Shown piece by piece: positions 1-11,373 of a DNA stretch of 64,000 bases (position 1 is its first letter; each line of letters begins with the position of its first letter). A program made the translations under genes and the position numbers. This DNA is from Arcobacteraceae bacterium (GTDB lineage Bacteria; Campylobacterota; Campylobacteria; Campylobacterales; Arcobacteraceae): NCBI GenBank assembly GCA_048268245.1, contig JBLWVX010000002.1, forward strand, positions 96,001-160,000, given 5' to 3'. A model generated the notes under the pieces. The model saw only the letters and a list, made by a program, of their open reading frames with translations. It ran no database searches and was not told the DNA's origin.

Positions 1-894
1 TACTAATAAAACAATATAGTCTAATCTATCTTTTAAAGTATCTAATAAATTATATGCTCCCTCAACCATAACAAACTTATAATCAAGCAGTTTAAACAAA
101 TCATCACTAATATGTACTTTTCTATTGGGTATTTTAAATAAAGGAATATTTGTATCGAATACTTTATTCTTACTGTAAATAAAAATATCAGGAGCACGTC
201 CTGCAATATATCTTGCATCTAATGTTGGTTTATCAGTTCGAACTGTATTTCCACCTATTAGCATTAAGTCAATTTTATCTCTCAGTGTATGTACATATGC
301 TTTAGCTGCATTTGATGAAATACTACCATCTATACTTCCATTTAATGTCTGAGCCATTTTATAAAATATGAATGTTCCACTATTCCACTTTAAAAATGGA
401 TATAAAAGCTCATAAGCCTCTTTTTTCATACATCCTATATCTATATCTATATTTGCATTTTTAAGAGTCTCACAGCCTCCCTTTGCTATGTTATTTAAAT
501 CTTCATGCGCTACTATTACTTTTTTAGGTTTAACTTCTTTTAATAGGTTTGCACATGCAGGTGTTTTACCTTCATGATTACAAGGTTCGAGTGTTACATA
601 AATCGTACAATCATTAAAAAAACCATTGTGGTTTTTTATAAGATAATCATGTATTTGCTTTGAGCTTCTCTTAGTTTTTAAAATATCATTTGGATGGTAT
701 TTTAAAAAAGCAGCTTTAAGTGCATTCACTTCTGCATGAGCCATACCTGCTTCTTTATGTGCTTCAATGGCTAATATTTCGCTTTCACCTTTAACAACAA
801 CACATCCAACAGCAGGATTAGGGAATGTGATAAATTGATATTTCCATGCTTCATCAATTGCTAGTTTCATAAAAAAGTTATCATTAATTTTCAT
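1..894 (-). CDS. ribD: Riboflavin biosynthesis deaminase/reductase RibD, 3' end runs off the window
   Basis: Not in the ORF track. Manual translation from ATG at 894 gives MKINDNFFMKLAIDEAWKYQFITFPNPAVGCVVVK...HAEV...TLEPCNHEGKTPAC (NPxVG, HAE and PCxxxxxxxxC zinc-deaminase motifs). Confidence 0.93.
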   Translation of the reverse strand, partial: MKINDNFFMKLAIDEAWKYQFITFPNPAVGCVVVKGESEILAIEAHKEAGMAHAEVNALKAAFLKYHPNDILKTKRSSKQIHDYLIKNHNGFFNDCTIYVTLEPCNHEGKTPACANLLKEVKPKKVIVAHEDLNNIAKGGCETLKNANIDIDIGCMKKEAYELLYPFLKWNSGTFIFYKMAQTLNGSIDGSISSNAAKAYVHTLRDKIDLMLIGGNTVRTDKPTLDARYIAGRAPDIFIYSKNKVFDTNIPLFKIPNRKVHISDDLFKLLDYKFVMVEGAYNLLDTLKDRLDYIVLLV

Positions 895-998
895 ATTTTA
901 CTTCCAATAATTGTTTATATTTAAATGAAGTATATATTAAGAAGGCTAAATAAATAGTTAGTTTAATTTTGTAGAAAATAGTAATAGATTAAAATCTA

Positions 999-1427
999 TT
1001 ACCATTCAAAATAAGTAGATGCAGAAAGAATTGAATCATATTCAACTTCTTCTTCACCAAATTCAGTTTTTAAAAGTATTTTTTCATCATCTGCACTTAA
1101 AAGTTCACCCTTGTAAACTTCTGTTGCAATATCTTTTATTTTTACTTTATCACCTATTGAAGCTTTAAAGTGTTCTTTTGTTTTTAGTTTTCTTTCAATT
1201 CCAGGCGAGCTTACTTCTAAGTTATAAACTCCACTCATTGGTTCTTCAACATCTAGAATAGGTGAAATCATTCTTGAAATTTCAGCACATTTATCTAAAT
1301 TTATACCACCTTTAGCAGTAACATAAACTCTATAAATATTTCTGTCATTCTCTTTTGTAGTTACAATATCATAAAGTTGAGCATCTAAACTCTCAACAGC
1401 TAATTTAATTGATTCTTCTAAACTCAT
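999..1427 (-). CDS. rimP: Ribosome maturation factor RimP
   Basis: [14 protein letters not shown] motif; follows rbfA/infB. Confidence 0.95.
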   Translation of the reverse strand: MSLEESIKLAVESLDAQLYDIVTTKENDRNIYRVYVTAKGGINLDKCAEISRMISPILDVEEPMSGVYNLEVSSPGIERKLKTKEHFKASIGDKVKIKDIATEVYKGELLSADDEKILLKTEFGEEEVEYDSILSASTYFEW

Positions 1428-1786
1428 TACTCTTCTTCTTTTTTATCTTTACTAATTTTTGCAAAAAGTGCTTCAATGTTTCGTGACTGTTCAAGTGAAG
1501 TATCATTAACAAACTTAAAGTTAGGACACTTGTACCAACCTGTACTTGCTAAAACATGAGACTTCATTCTACCATTAGCTTTTTTCAGAAGTGAGATAAT
1601 TTGATTAATTTCATTTTTATCATAATCACTTCCATCAAAATAAACAATTGCATCATATTTACCATTCTTACAGTTTACTCCTGTAATAGGTAAAGATCTT
1701 ATTCTTTCATCAGCCATACTTGATAGAGCTTCTGGAATAAGCTCCATCAGTAATGATTCAGTTCTTTGTAGATTAATACTTTTCAT
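1427..1786 (-). CDS. rbfA: Ribosome-binding factor A
   Basis: 119 aa directly downstream of infB; C-terminal [21 protein letters not shown] matches the RbfA pattern. Confidence 0.9.
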   Translation of the reverse strand: MKSINLQRTESLLMELIPEALSSMADERIRSLPITGVNCKNGKYDAIVYFDGSDYDKNEINQIISLLKKANGRMKSHVLASTGWYKCPNFKFVNDTSLEQSRNIEALFAKISKDKKEEE

Positions 1787-4464
1787 TATTTATCGTCAAT
1801 AGAAACTTTTTCTTCAATCTGAATAAATGTTTCAACAAAGTCACCAACTTGAATGTCGTTGAACTTCTCAAACATTACACCACACTCGTAACCATTAGAT
1901 ACTTCTTTAACATCATCTTTAAATCTCTTAAGTGATGAAATTTTACCTGTATATGTAACAACACCATCTCTAATGATTCTTGCCATTCCACCTCTGATTA
2001 CTTTACCATCAGTTACAATACATCCTGCAACTGTTCCAACTTTAGGAACAACAAATGTATCTCTAACTTCAGCTTGACCTGTATTCTCTTCTCTAATTAC
2101 ACCACTCATCATACCAGATAATGTATCTTTAACATCATCAAGTAAGTCATAGATAATTGAGTATGTATTGATTGTAATACCATCAGCTTTTGCTTTTGAC
2201 TTAACAGAACCAGTTGGTCTTACGTTAAATCCTAAGATAATACAACCCTCTGATGCACTCGCTAAAACTAAGTCAGATTCAGTAATACCACCTACTGCAG
2301 CATGAATAACTTTTACTTTAACTTCATCATTAGCAATCTTCTCTAGTGATCCCTTAATAGCTTCAAGTGAACCACCAACATCAGTTTTGATAATTACTGG
2401 AAGTTGTTTAATTTTACCTTCTGCAATTAATCCACTCATTTCTTCAAGTGAAACTTTAGTAGATTTAGATAACTCTTTTGCTCTTTCATGTTCAGCTCTT
2501 TTAGTAGCAATATCTCTAGCTTCTTTATCAGAATCTTGAGCAACCATAATAGCACCAGCTGCAGGAACATCATTTAATCCTAAAACAGAACCTGTTTCAG
2601 ATAAACCTAATTCTTTTACTGGTTTACCCATATCATTAGTAATAGCTTTTACTCTACCATATGTCGTATCACAAACAATATTATCACCAACTCTTAAAGT
2701 ACCATTTTCAACAATAATTGTTGCAACAGGACCTCTACCTTTTTCAAGCAATGATTCAACAACAGTAGCTTTAGCTTTTGCAGTTGGATCTGCTTTAAGT
2801 TCTAAGATTTCTGCTTGAAGTAAGATATTTTCTAATAAATCATCAATTCCAGCACCAGTTTTTGCTGATACTCCAATAAATTCAATATCTCCACCCCAAT
2901 CAACAGGAGTCATATCTCTTTCTGCCATTTGTGATTTAACCATATCAATGTTAGCAGCTTCTTTATCTATTTTGTTAACTGCAACAATAATAGGACAACC
3001 AGAAGCTTTTGCATGAGAAATAACTTCTTCAGTTTGAGGCTTAACTCCATCATCAGCTGCAACAACAATAATTACAACATCAGTTACACTAGCACCTCTT
3101 GCTCTCATAGCAGAGAATGCGGCGTGACCTGGAGTATCAACAAAAGTGATTTTTTCACCATTTTTTTCAACTGTATAAGATGAGATATGTTGTGTAATTC
3201 CACCAGCTTCACCAGCTGCAACTTTAGATTCTCTAATTTTATCTAATAATGATGTTTTACCATGATCAACGTGTCCCATAATTGTAACTACAGGAGGTCT
3301 AGTCTCAAAGTTTGAATCATCAATATCTTCTTCATTATACTCTTCAACATAATTAGCATCTTCTAAAGCATCTTTTACTGTTACTTCAATTTCAAATTCT
3401 TCTCCAAGAATCTCTAATTCATCTTGTTTTAAGAAGTCATTTTTAGTAACCATCATTCCTAAACCAAATAGAACACTAATTACTTCAGATGCAGATTTTC
3501 CACAAGCTTCAGCAAATTCGTAAACTCTGATATCTTCAGGAATTGTAACTTCTTTTATTTCAATATTCTCTTCTGCTTTTCTTACTTTTTTCTTTCTTTT
3601 TCTTCTTTTTAAACCTTGTGGTCTATTACCAAATGCAGCTGGTTTTGAACCTCTTGCTTGTTTATTTGGATTAGTATTTGTTTTTTGTTCTTCAAAAAGT
3701 TTAGAAGTATCAGATAAATCCATGTCAAGTAATACTACTTCTTCACCTAAAAGTGAATCTGTTGAAGTGTTGCTAAAATCACTTGTATCTCTTTGTACTT
3801 CTAATTTCTTACCATGTGATTGAGTTTTTGCTGGTTGCTTTTTCTTTTTAGCTTTAGCTTTTTTCGCAGCTTCTTCATTTGAGTTAAATTGAGGAGTAGT
3901 TTTTTTCTCTTCTTTATCTGCACCTAAAATTTCACTAAGTGATTTCATTTTAGCTTTATCAGTAGGTGTTGAATGAGTTATTACTTCTTCTTTAGGTTCA
4001 GGTCTTGGTTTTTTCTTCTTAATAATCTTAAGACCTCTTCTTTTTGGAATAATCTTTTTAGCCTTATTCTCTACTTTCTTTTCTTCATCTTTTTTTTCTT
4101 CAGTTTGAGCTTTTTCTACACTCTTTGTAGGTTCAGATATAGTTTCTTCTTTCTTCTCAGTTTTATTTACTTCAACCGCTTTAGGTGCTTCTTCTTTTTT
4201 CTCTTCTGGTTTTGAGTCTTTATTCTCTACAGTTTTTTCGACTTTTTTAACTGTAGGTTTCTTTGTTTCCGGTGTAGCTTTCTTAGCTAACTTTTTACTC
4301 TTACCGGTCATTATATAGTTTGCAATTTCTTCTGCATCTTCGTAAGAAACTGCACTCTGAGGCGACTTAAGTTCAATACTTAAATCTTTCGCTTTTGTTA
4401 TTACTTCTTGGCTGCTCGCCCCTGCCTCATCTGCAATTTCATAAACTCTTACTTTATCTGACAT
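1786..4464 (-). CDS. infB: Translation initiation factor IF-2
   Basis: GHVDHGKT, DTPGH and NKID GTPase motifs; long charged N-terminus. Confidence 0.99.
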   Translation of the reverse strand: MSDKVRVYEIADEAGASSQEVITKAKDLSIELKSPQSAVSYEDAEEIANYIMTGKSKKLAKKATPETKKPTVKKVEKTVENKDSKPEEKKEEAPKAVEVNKTEKKEETISEPTKSVEKAQTEEKKDEEKKVENKAKKIIPKRRGLKIIKKKKPRPEPKEEVITHSTPTDKAKMKSLSEILGADKEEKKTTPQFNSNEEAAKKAKAKKKKQPAKTQSHGKKLEVQRDTSDFSNTSTDSLLGEEVVLLDMDLSDTSKLFEEQKTNTNPNKQARGSKPAAFGNRPQGLKRRKRKKKVRKAEENIEIKEVTIPEDIRVYEFAEACGKSASEVISVLFGLGMMVTKNDFLKQDELEILGEEFEIEVTVKDALEDANYVEEYNEEDIDDSNFETRPPVVTIMGHVDHGKTSLLDKIRESKVAAGEAGGITQHISSYTVEKNGEKITFVDTPGHAAFSAMRARGASVTDVVIIVVAADDGVKPQTEEVISHAKASGCPIIVAVNKIDKEAANIDMVKSQMAERDMTPVDWGGDIEFIGVSAKTGAGIDDLLENILLQAEILELKADPTAKAKATVVESLLEKGRGPVATIIVENGTLRVGDNIVCDTTYGRVKAITNDMGKPVKELGLSETGSVLGLNDVPAAGAIMVAQDSDKEARDIATKRAEHERAKELSKSTKVSLEEMSGLIAEGKIKQLPVIIKTDVGGSLEAIKGSLEKIANDEVKVKVIHAAVGGITESDLVLASASEGCIILGFNVRPTGSVKSKAKADGITINTYSIIYDLLDDVKDTLSGMMSGVIREENTGQAEVRDTFVVPKVGTVAGCIVTDGKVIRGGMARIIRDGVVTYTGKISSLKRFKDDVKEVSNGYECGVMFEKFNDIQVGDFVETFIQIEEKVSIDDK

Positions 4465-4729
4465 CTGCTAAAATCTCCTTAAGTTGTAGAACATACTTAT
4501 CTTTATTTTTACACTCTCTACATAGTGCGTTTTCAAATCTTTTATAATCTCTTTGATTAATATCTAATTGTACTTTTTCTATACAACAACTACAAACATA
4601 GAAACTTCTACCAATGTGGTTGTATAATACAATTTTCTTTTCTTCACATTTTAACCTTAACAACTCTTTTTGTTCAAATTTACCTCTACAAAAAATACAA
4701 GTTCTTAAAGTTTTTTTCGAATTAGCCAA
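4454..4729 (-). CDS. YlxR/DUF448-like RNA-binding protein
   Basis: RTCIFCR...GRSFYVC motif, immediately upstream of infB. TTG start; a TATAAT at 4732-4737 (minus strand) suggests an internal promoter. Confidence 0.85.
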   Translation of the reverse strand: MANSKKTLRTCIFCRGKFEQKELLRLKCEEKKIVLYNHIGRSFYVCSCCIEKVQLDINQRDYKRFENALCRECKNKDKYVLQLKEILADVR

Positions 4730-4765
4730 CTATTATACCTAAAATATACTTATTTATCAAAAAAC

Positions 4766-5647
4766 TTATAAATCTATCTTCACACCTGTGTTATCAAAGT
4801 CACTTGTGAATACTTTGAAGTGTGAAAATCTATTTTTTAAAGCCTTCTCAATTCTCTTTGCATCATCTGCAAAACAAATAGAAAATAAAGTTGAACCTGA
4901 ACCTGAAAGTGTACTCATTAATGCTCCACTTCTAAGGGCAGTTTTTTGTACATCAAAAAGTTCTGGCATTTGTTTCATTCTATATTTTTGGTGAACTTTA
5001 TCTAAAGATGCAGTTCTTAACATCTTCCAGTCTTCACTCATAAATGCTGCTGTTAATAATGAAGAATGAGAAATATTAAATATCACATCATCTTTTGAGT
5101 ATTTAAAAGGCAGTGTTTTTCTTGATAATTGTGTTGAAATAGGTCTATTTGGAACAACAATTACAGCTTTTAAAGCTTTTGGTATTGACTTGTTAATATA
5201 CCTTACTTCATTATCTTGAACAGTAGCAACATTAAATCCACCCATTACAGCTGGTGTAATATTATCTGGATGATTTTCATATGCTAATGCTAAGTTTAAT
5301 AACTTATTTTTATCAAGTTTGATTCCCTCAATAGCATAGGCACTTGCAATTGCTGAAACAATAACAGCAGAAGAACTTCCTAAACCTCTTGATAATGGAA
5401 TTTCATTAAAAAATTCAAATCTAAAATGTCTTTTTTTATGTGACAAATTGTGATAGAAATCATTAAAAATAGAGATAAACATATTGTTATCTTTTAATAC
5501 AGGGTTATTAGCACCCTCTCCTTTTAATGATACACTATGAAATTTCGATGGTCTAATGATTACTTGATTTTTCATAGTAATTGCAATACCAAGTGAGTCA
5601 AACCCTGGTCCTAAATTTGCACTAGTAGCTGGAACGCTTACTTTCAT
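4766..5647 (-). CDS. thrB: Homoserine kinase
   Basis: PATSANLGPGFD, PLSRGLGSS and HPDN GHMP-kinase motifs. Confidence 0.98.
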   Translation of the reverse strand: MKVSVPATSANLGPGFDSLGIAITMKNQVIIRPSKFHSVSLKGEGANNPVLKDNNMFISIFNDFYHNLSHKKRHFRFEFFNEIPLSRGLGSSSAVIVSAIASAYAIEGIKLDKNKLLNLALAYENHPDNITPAVMGGFNVATVQDNEVRYINKSIPKALKAVIVVPNRPISTQLSRKTLPFKYSKDDVIFNISHSSLLTAAFMSEDWKMLRTASLDKVHQKYRMKQMPELFDVQKTALRSGALMSTLSGSGSTLFSICFADDAKRIEKALKNRFSHFKVFTSDFDNTGVKIDL

Positions 5648-5658
5648 CTATTTCCTTC

Positions 5659-6111
5659 TTAAACAGCAGGTAAATTATAAATTGGTAATGTCTGTTTATT
5701 AAAATTTATTTTATCTATACTCTTAGGTAATTCAAAGTCGCGAATTATACAATCTTTTTCTAAAAAGTCTACTTTAATTTCATTTTCATCTTGAATAAAG
5801 TATTTTTTTCCTAAGGCTTTTATTGGAGAGTTATTATTAAATTCAAAACCACTACAGGCTCTAAATTCAATATTTTTTGTGATACTTATAGTTTTTAAAA
5901 ATACATATGATACTTTTATAGCCATGTAAGATCCTGGTGTATTTACATAATTCACTCTATCTATATCATACTGTTTTAAAATTTCTTCAAATAGTTGGGG
6001 AAGTAAATCAGAAGTTTTACCTTCCAATTTATGTTCTTTTATTAAATTTTCATTCTCATATATTCCTATTAAAATAGGATTAGAGATACTAATAACTAAA
6101 ACTTCTGTCAA
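5659..6111 (-). CDS. Short TsaB-like (t6A/glycoprotease family) protein
   Basis: PGSYMAIKV motif; same lpxC-X-thrB position as in Campylobacter/Helicobacter. Confidence 0.75.
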   Translation of the reverse strand: MTEVLVISISNPILIGIYENENLIKEHKLEGKTSDLLPQLFEEILKQYDIDRVNYVNTPGSYMAIKVSYVFLKTISITKNIEFRACSGFEFNNNSPIKALGKKYFIQDENEIKVDFLEKDCIIRDFELPKSIDKINFNKQTLPIYNLPAV

Positions 6112-6120
6112 ACTTTTATC

Positions 6121-7026
6121 CTAAACTTCAACTTTTGAATAAGCAAGTTCAAATACTTCTGCTTCTTCATTAGCTTCTTCTAAATCAATTATTTCATAAT
6201 TTGCTTCATCTTTATATAACTCTTTTGTTAAAAGATGATTTAAGTGATGGCTTCCAGCAATTGCATCATATTCACCAACCATTGTATAACCAAGAAGTGC
6301 CATATCACCAATTGCATCTAATATTTTATGTCTTACAAATTCATCAGTATATCTTAAACCCTCAGGGTTTAAAACTTTTGATTGATCTAAAACAATAGCA
6401 TTTTCCATAGAACCACCTTTTGCAAGACCAATACTTCTTAAATATTGTACTTCATGTAAAAAACCAAATGTTCTAGCTCTACTAATATTTTCTTTATATT
6501 CAGCAATAGAGTAATCAAAATGAAAATTTTGCTCACCTATAGAAGGATGATCAAAAGAAATTTGGAAATCATAAATAATTCTATTTGATGGTTTTAAACA
6601 AACTCTTTTACCCTCAGGAGTTGTAACTTCAACTTCTTTTTTTACTTTTATAGCTTTTTTAGATTTTTCAAGTTCTTTAATACCTGCTTCTTCAATTAAC
6701 ATACAATAACCAGATGAACTTCCATCAAGTACTGGAACTTCATCATTATCAATTACTACTCTTAAGTTATCAATTCCATATGCATAAACAGCTGATAAAA
6801 GATGTTCAATTGTAGATACAACAACATCATCTTTTCCAATAACAGTTGCCATTTTTGTATCAACAACATTATCAATTTCTAAAGGAATAGTAACCCCAGC
6901 ATCTACTCTGTAAAAAACTATCCCCATATCTGAATCTAATGGTTCAAGTTTCATTTTTACAGGTACTCCTTTGTGAAGTCCTACTCCTACAATCTCAACA
7001 CTTTTTGCTATTGTTCTTTGTTTCAT
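6121..7026 (-). CDS. lpxC: UDP-3-O-acyl-N-acetylglucosamine deacetylase
   Basis: TIEHLLSA, DGSS and HKILDAIGD motifs. Confidence 0.99.
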   Translation of the reverse strand: MKQRTIAKSVEIVGVGLHKGVPVKMKLEPLDSDMGIVFYRVDAGVTIPLEIDNVVDTKMATVIGKDDVVVSTIEHLLSAVYAYGIDNLRVVIDNDEVPVLDGSSSGYCMLIEEAGIKELEKSKKAIKVKKEVEVTTPEGKRVCLKPSNRIIYDFQISFDHPSIGEQNFHFDYSIAEYKENISRARTFGFLHEVQYLRSIGLAKGGSMENAIVLDQSKVLNPEGLRYTDEFVRHKILDAIGDMALLGYTMVGEYDAIAGSHHLNHLLTKELYKDEANYEIIDLEEANEEAEVFELAYSKVEV

Positions 7027-8411
7027 TTAGTATCTATCACTTTCTTCGCTTGATTTAAAATTTTCTTTACATTTATATCTATCCACTTTTTATCCATCCA
7101 TTCTAAAGGATTAACTTCTAATCCTTGAATTAAAACACCAAAGTGAAGATGATCTCCAAATACTGCACCAGTTGAACCAGTATTTGCTATATGCTGTTTT
7201 GCATTTACAAAATCATTTAGCTCAACATTTAACTTACTTGTATGTGCATAAAGAGTAGCTAAACCAAATCCATGATCAACAATAGCTGCATTTCCATAAA
7301 TCCCTAAATAATCTTTAAATACAACTTTTCCAGGGTTAGTTACATAAATCTTTGCGTTTCTAATACTAGCCCAGTCCATTCCTAAGTGCCATGCTTCATC
7401 AATCTTTTCACCATTATAATAATAGTGTCTTCTTTCTGCATATTTTGAAAATGTCTTTGAGCCTTTCAATTGCTTGAAAGCATCCAAATCAAAACTTGAA
7501 ACCATTGAGTAATCTAAGTTTTGTCTAGATACATCTTTTATAACTTTTACATTTTCGGCTCTTAAATCTTTATTTGTCATAACAAAAGCTTCTGCTATTT
7601 CATCAGGAATATCATAACCACTTTTAGAAAGTACATTTTTACTAACTTTATTTACGAAACTTCTAGATATTTTTATATTATCAACTTTAACATTTAGGTT
7701 TTTAATATAATATGGTACTTTTGTCGTAGTTTTATTTCCAGCTTTATCAATTGCTACTAAATTAACTCTTTTGAACTCTTCTATAGTTACAGGCCAAGCA
7801 ATAATTGCCATATAAAAGTTCTTTTTATAAAATGGAATAAGTTCAAATCTCTCTTCATCATTGAAAGAAATATAAAAATCTTTTAGATTTTCATCTTTTA
7901 CTTCTACAACAACACTAGCACTTCCACCTTGTCTTATTAAGTAAGAGTTTGCAATTACATTTGCAACAGGATTTTTTCTATCTATATCAATAGTAATATC
8001 TTCTCTTGTAACATTACCCTTGAAAAAGTTCCATTTACTACTATCAATAACTTCTGCTTTTAAAACTATCTGTTTTGGAGCAGTTTGAAGTCTATTAAAT
8101 TTTGGAGGTATAATTTCTACAATAATCTCTTTACCATTATCATTTAAAACTTTAGTTTCTAGTTTTTTTAATTCTTTTCCATCAAAATATGCAACTTTAT
8201 ATGATTTTATTTCATTATCATCTGAAAACTTAATTTCTAATGGTTTCTTAAAATTCCAAAATTTATCTTGAGAAAACTTTACTTTAGGAGCATTCTTTTC
8301 AAATGTTGGAGATAAAAAAACAAACGCTGTTATACCTACTACTAAAAGAACAACAATATATATTAATAATTTTTTAACTTTATTACTTTTTTTTCTATTT
8401 ATAAAACTCAA
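7023..8411 (-). CDS. Membrane-anchored M23 family metallopeptidase
   Basis: N-terminal TM segment; HLGMD, YAH and HLHF zinc motifs. Confidence 0.92.
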   Translation of the reverse strand: MSFINRKKSNKVKKLLIYIVVLLVVGITAFVFLSPTFEKNAPKVKFSQDKFWNFKKPLEIKFSDDNEIKSYKVAYFDGKELKKLETKVLNDNGKEIIVEIIPPKFNRLQTAPKQIVLKAEVIDSSKWNFFKGNVTREDITIDIDRKNPVANVIANSYLIRQGGSASVVVEVKDENLKDFYISFNDEERFELIPFYKKNFYMAIIAWPVTIEEFKRVNLVAIDKAGNKTTTKVPYYIKNLNVKVDNIKISRSFVNKVSKNVLSKSGYDIPDEIAEAFVMTNKDLRAENVKVIKDVSRQNLDYSMVSSFDLDAFKQLKGSKTFSKYAERRHYYYNGEKIDEAWHLGMDWASIRNAKIYVTNPGKVVFKDYLGIYGNAAIVDHGFGLATLYAHTSKLNVELNDFVNAKQHIANTGSTGAVFGDHLHFGVLIQGLEVNPLEWMDKKWIDINVKKILNQAKKVIDTK

Positions 8412-9381
8412 AAATTTCCTTTATAACTAAATTTTTTGCTTCTTGTTCATCTATTGTATTAATAGTACAACCAGCAGCATTTAGGTGTCCGCCACCATCA
8501 AAATTTGATGCAATTCTTGCAACATCAAACTTTCCTTTTGATCGAAGTGATACCCTTGTAGTTCCATTTACTACTCTAACAAAAAATGCAACTCTTACAA
8601 TTGCCATACTCATAATCATATCTAAGGCATCTTCACAATCTCTATTGTGTGCACCTGTTTGTTTAAACCAAAGCTCTTTAGCATAAATAGATGCTACTTC
8701 ACCTTCTTTGTAAAGTTCTAAACTATTTAATACCTTAGGTATGATTCTATATTTAGCTAGTGAATCTCTTCTTAAAAGCTTATTTGCAATTGCCGAAGGG
8801 TTTGCCCCACATTGAACTAAAAAGTTAACTTTATCAAAAGTTAACTCATCACATCTTCCTAAAGAAAATGCTAATGAATCATCATATATACCTACATAAA
8901 GTGCTGTTGCTGAATTTTTTGTAATATATAAACCATTGTGTTTAAAAAAGTCATATACAATTTCAGCTGTTGAACTTTTCATAGGATCGACTATATTTAT
9001 AGTTCCAAAACCATTATTTGATTTATGATGATCAAAATTTATAAGTGGAATACTTGGGTCTAGTTCAAAACCTAATCTTTTATATGTCCCACAATCTACA
9101 GATATTGCTAAGTCAAAAAACTTAGGTAGTTGATCTGTAATTTTGTCAAATCTTTCAATAAAATTTAAATTCTCTGGTAAATCAGAGCTTATATTAAATA
9201 CTTTATGCTTTATTCTATTCTCATGAAGTAAATTTGACAAGGCTAAAGCTGAACCAATAGAATCAGGGTCGGGATTTACATGAGTGATTATTAAAATATA
9301 TTTACTCTTTTCTATTAAATCTAAGGCTTTTGTGTAATCAGCCATATCTATTTTATTACTAATAATAAAATCTTTTTTCAA
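8395..9381 (-). CDS. DHH/DHHA1 phosphoesterase (NrnA-like oligoribonuclease/pAp phosphatase)
   Basis: HxNPDPD, DHH and GGGH motifs. Confidence 0.93.
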   Translation of the reverse strand: MKKDFIISNKIDMADYTKALDLIEKSKYILIITHVNPDPDSIGSALALSNLLHENRIKHKVFNISSDLPENLNFIERFDKITDQLPKFFDLAISVDCGTYKRLGFELDPSIPLINFDHHKSNNGFGTINIVDPMKSSTAEIVYDFFKHNGLYITKNSATALYVGIYDDSLAFSLGRCDELTFDKVNFLVQCGANPSAIANKLLRRDSLAKYRIIPKVLNSLELYKEGEVASIYAKELWFKQTGAHNRDCEDALDMIMSMAIVRVAFFVRVVNGTTRVSLRSKGKFDVARIASNFDGGGHLNAAGCTINTIDEQEAKNLVIKEIFEFYK

Positions 9382-9424
9382 CCCATCTCCTTTTCCTTAA
9401 GCTTTTAATTCTATTAAAGTTGTG

Positions 9425-9455
9425 ATAACAAAAAGTTAACAATACTTTTTGTTAT
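9425..9455 (-). terminator. Probable intrinsic terminator after nadC
   Basis: ATAACAAAAAGT-N7-ACTTTTTGTTAT inverted repeat. Confidence 0.55.
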
Positions 9456-10276
9456 TAATCAAACTTCATTGAGAAGTCTAACCATGTAGCTTGATGAATA
9501 ATACTTCCACTACTAATTGCATCAACACCTGTTTTTGCATAAGTTTGAATAGTTTCAAGATTTATATTTCCACTAGCTTCTAGTAAAATATGAGGATACT
9601 TTTCATCTCTGTATTTAACAACATCTTTAATTTGTTCAGGAGTCATATTATCACACATGATTATATCAGCACCCGCTTCCATTGCTTCTTCAACTTGAGG
9701 AAAAGTTTCACACTCTATCTCAATTTTTGTAACCCATGAAATTCTTTTTCTTGCTTTTTTAATAAATTCTTTTAAATTTTTAATAGTTCTTAAGTGCGTA
9801 TCTTTAAGCATTAAACAATCATCAAGTCCAAGTCTATGATTTATAGAACCACCTACTCTACTTGCATACTTTTCAAAATCTCTTAATTGAGGTCTTGTTT
9901 TTCTTGTATCAAGTAAAACAACATCATAACCTTCTAGAAGTTTTGCGTATTTATTTGCCATAGTTGCAATACCACTTGCATGTTGAAGCATATTTAAAAA
10001 AGTTCTCTCAGATGAAAGTAATACAGAAGCTTTACCTTCAAGTTCTGCTATAACTTCACCTGCTTTTATTTCATCTCCATCTCTTTTAAGAAATTTACAA
10101 TCAAACTTTTCAGTTCTTGCTAATACTTTTGCATACTGTATACCTGCAACAATACCATCAGATTTAGAAATAGCTCTTGCTGTAAATCTTCCTTTTGGTG
10201 CAACATCGAAGAATAAATCCCCTCTACCATTATCTTCTATAATGGCATTTTTAACAAATTTTTTTATGTTAATCAT
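9455..10276 (-). CDS. nadC: Nicotinate-nucleotide pyrophosphorylase (carboxylating)
   Basis: DTRKT, NHR, MLKD, DNM and EASGNI motifs; next to nadA. Confidence 0.98.
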   Translation of the reverse strand: MINIKKFVKNAIIEDNGRGDLFFDVAPKGRFTARAISKSDGIVAGIQYAKVLARTEKFDCKFLKRDGDEIKAGEVIAELEGKASVLLSSERTFLNMLQHASGIATMANKYAKLLEGYDVVLLDTRKTRPQLRDFEKYASRVGGSINHRLGLDDCLMLKDTHLRTIKNLKEFIKKARKRISWVTKIEIECETFPQVEEAMEAGADIIMCDNMTPEQIKDVVKYRDEKYPHILLEASGNINLETIQTYAKTGVDAISSGSIIHQATWLDFSMKFD

Positions 10277-11262
10277 ACTTCAAACATCCTTTCTAATGCT
10301 ATTCTTGCGTATTTAACAGTCTCTTCATCCACAAATATCTCATTCTCTTTTGAGATATTATCATCTTTAATAGATTTTAAAGTATTGTAAACATCTTCTA
10401 ATGTTGTTTCATTCATAGTTGGACACTCAGGTTTCGTAGAACTTAAAATATAAGTATTTTTTTCTCTTAATCTATTAACCATATTAAATTCAGTACCAAC
10501 TGCAATTTTTTGATCTTCTGGTAACTCTTTAATATATTTAATTAATTGAGAAGTTGAACCTACAAAATCTGCTTCATCACAAATACTTGGGTCACATTCA
10601 GGGTGAACAGCTATTAAAATATCTGGATATTTGTTTCTATAAAACTCTATATCTTCCACAGTAAACTGTTGATGAACTGAACAAAAACCGTTGTAACATA
10701 TAATATCAGCTTCTTTTAAATCAGTCCCATCACCAACAACTGCTGATTTTAGATTTAAAGATTTTGCAAAGTTTTGACCTAAACATCTATCTGGAACAAA
10801 AAATATCTTCTTACCAGACTCTAAACCTTTTTCAATAATCTTATAAGCATTTGAAGAAGTACAAACCATACCACCCATTTCACCAACTCTTGCTTTTACT
10901 CTTGCACTTGAGTTGATATAAGTAATAGGTAAAATATCTTCATTTGGTATTCCTGCATCATTTATCTGCTTTAAATTTTGTTCATAATACCCTTCATCAA
11001 TCATTCTTGCCATTGCACAACATGCAATTTTTGGCATTAAAACTCTTTTTTCTGGGTCAAGTACTTTTACACTCTCACCCATAAAACCAACACCACAAAA
11101 AACAATAAATTTTGAGTCTGTCAATTTTGCTTTTTTTGCTAATTCTAAAGAGTCACCTGTAATATCTGCTAATTCAAAAACTTCATCTCTTTGGTAAAAG
11201 TGAGCTACAAGTGTTACGTCTAGCTCCTCTTTAAGCTTTATTATCTCTTCTTTTAAATTCAA
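10273..11262 (-). CDS. nadA: Quinolinate synthase
   Basis: AHFYQ, GDS, FCGVxFMxE, YINS and HPEC motifs. Confidence 0.98.
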   Translation of the reverse strand: MNLKEEIIKLKEELDVTLVAHFYQRDEVFELADITGDSLELAKKAKLTDSKFIVFCGVGFMGESVKVLDPEKRVLMPKIACCAMARMIDEGYYEQNLKQINDAGIPNEDILPITYINSSARVKARVGEMGGMVCTSSNAYKIIEKGLESGKKIFFVPDRCLGQNFAKSLNLKSAVVGDGTDLKEADIICYNGFCSVHQQFTVEDIEFYRNKYPDILIAVHPECDPSICDEADFVGSTSQLIKYIKELPEDQKIAVGTEFNMVNRLREKNTYILSSTKPECPTMNETTLEDVYNTLKSIKDDNISKENEIFVDEETVKYARIALERMFEV

Positions 11263-11373
11263 AATAAACCTTCAATAAAACATATTTAAATGATAATATA
11301 ACTAAATTTTAGTTATAATCCATTTAACTAAATAGGTGAAATCTCACTGTAAACAACAAATTAAAGGTAATAA

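Noticed and set aside
3973..4215. Phe-rich 80-aa ORF
   Set aside because: Reverse complement of the Lys/Glu-rich IF-2 linker.
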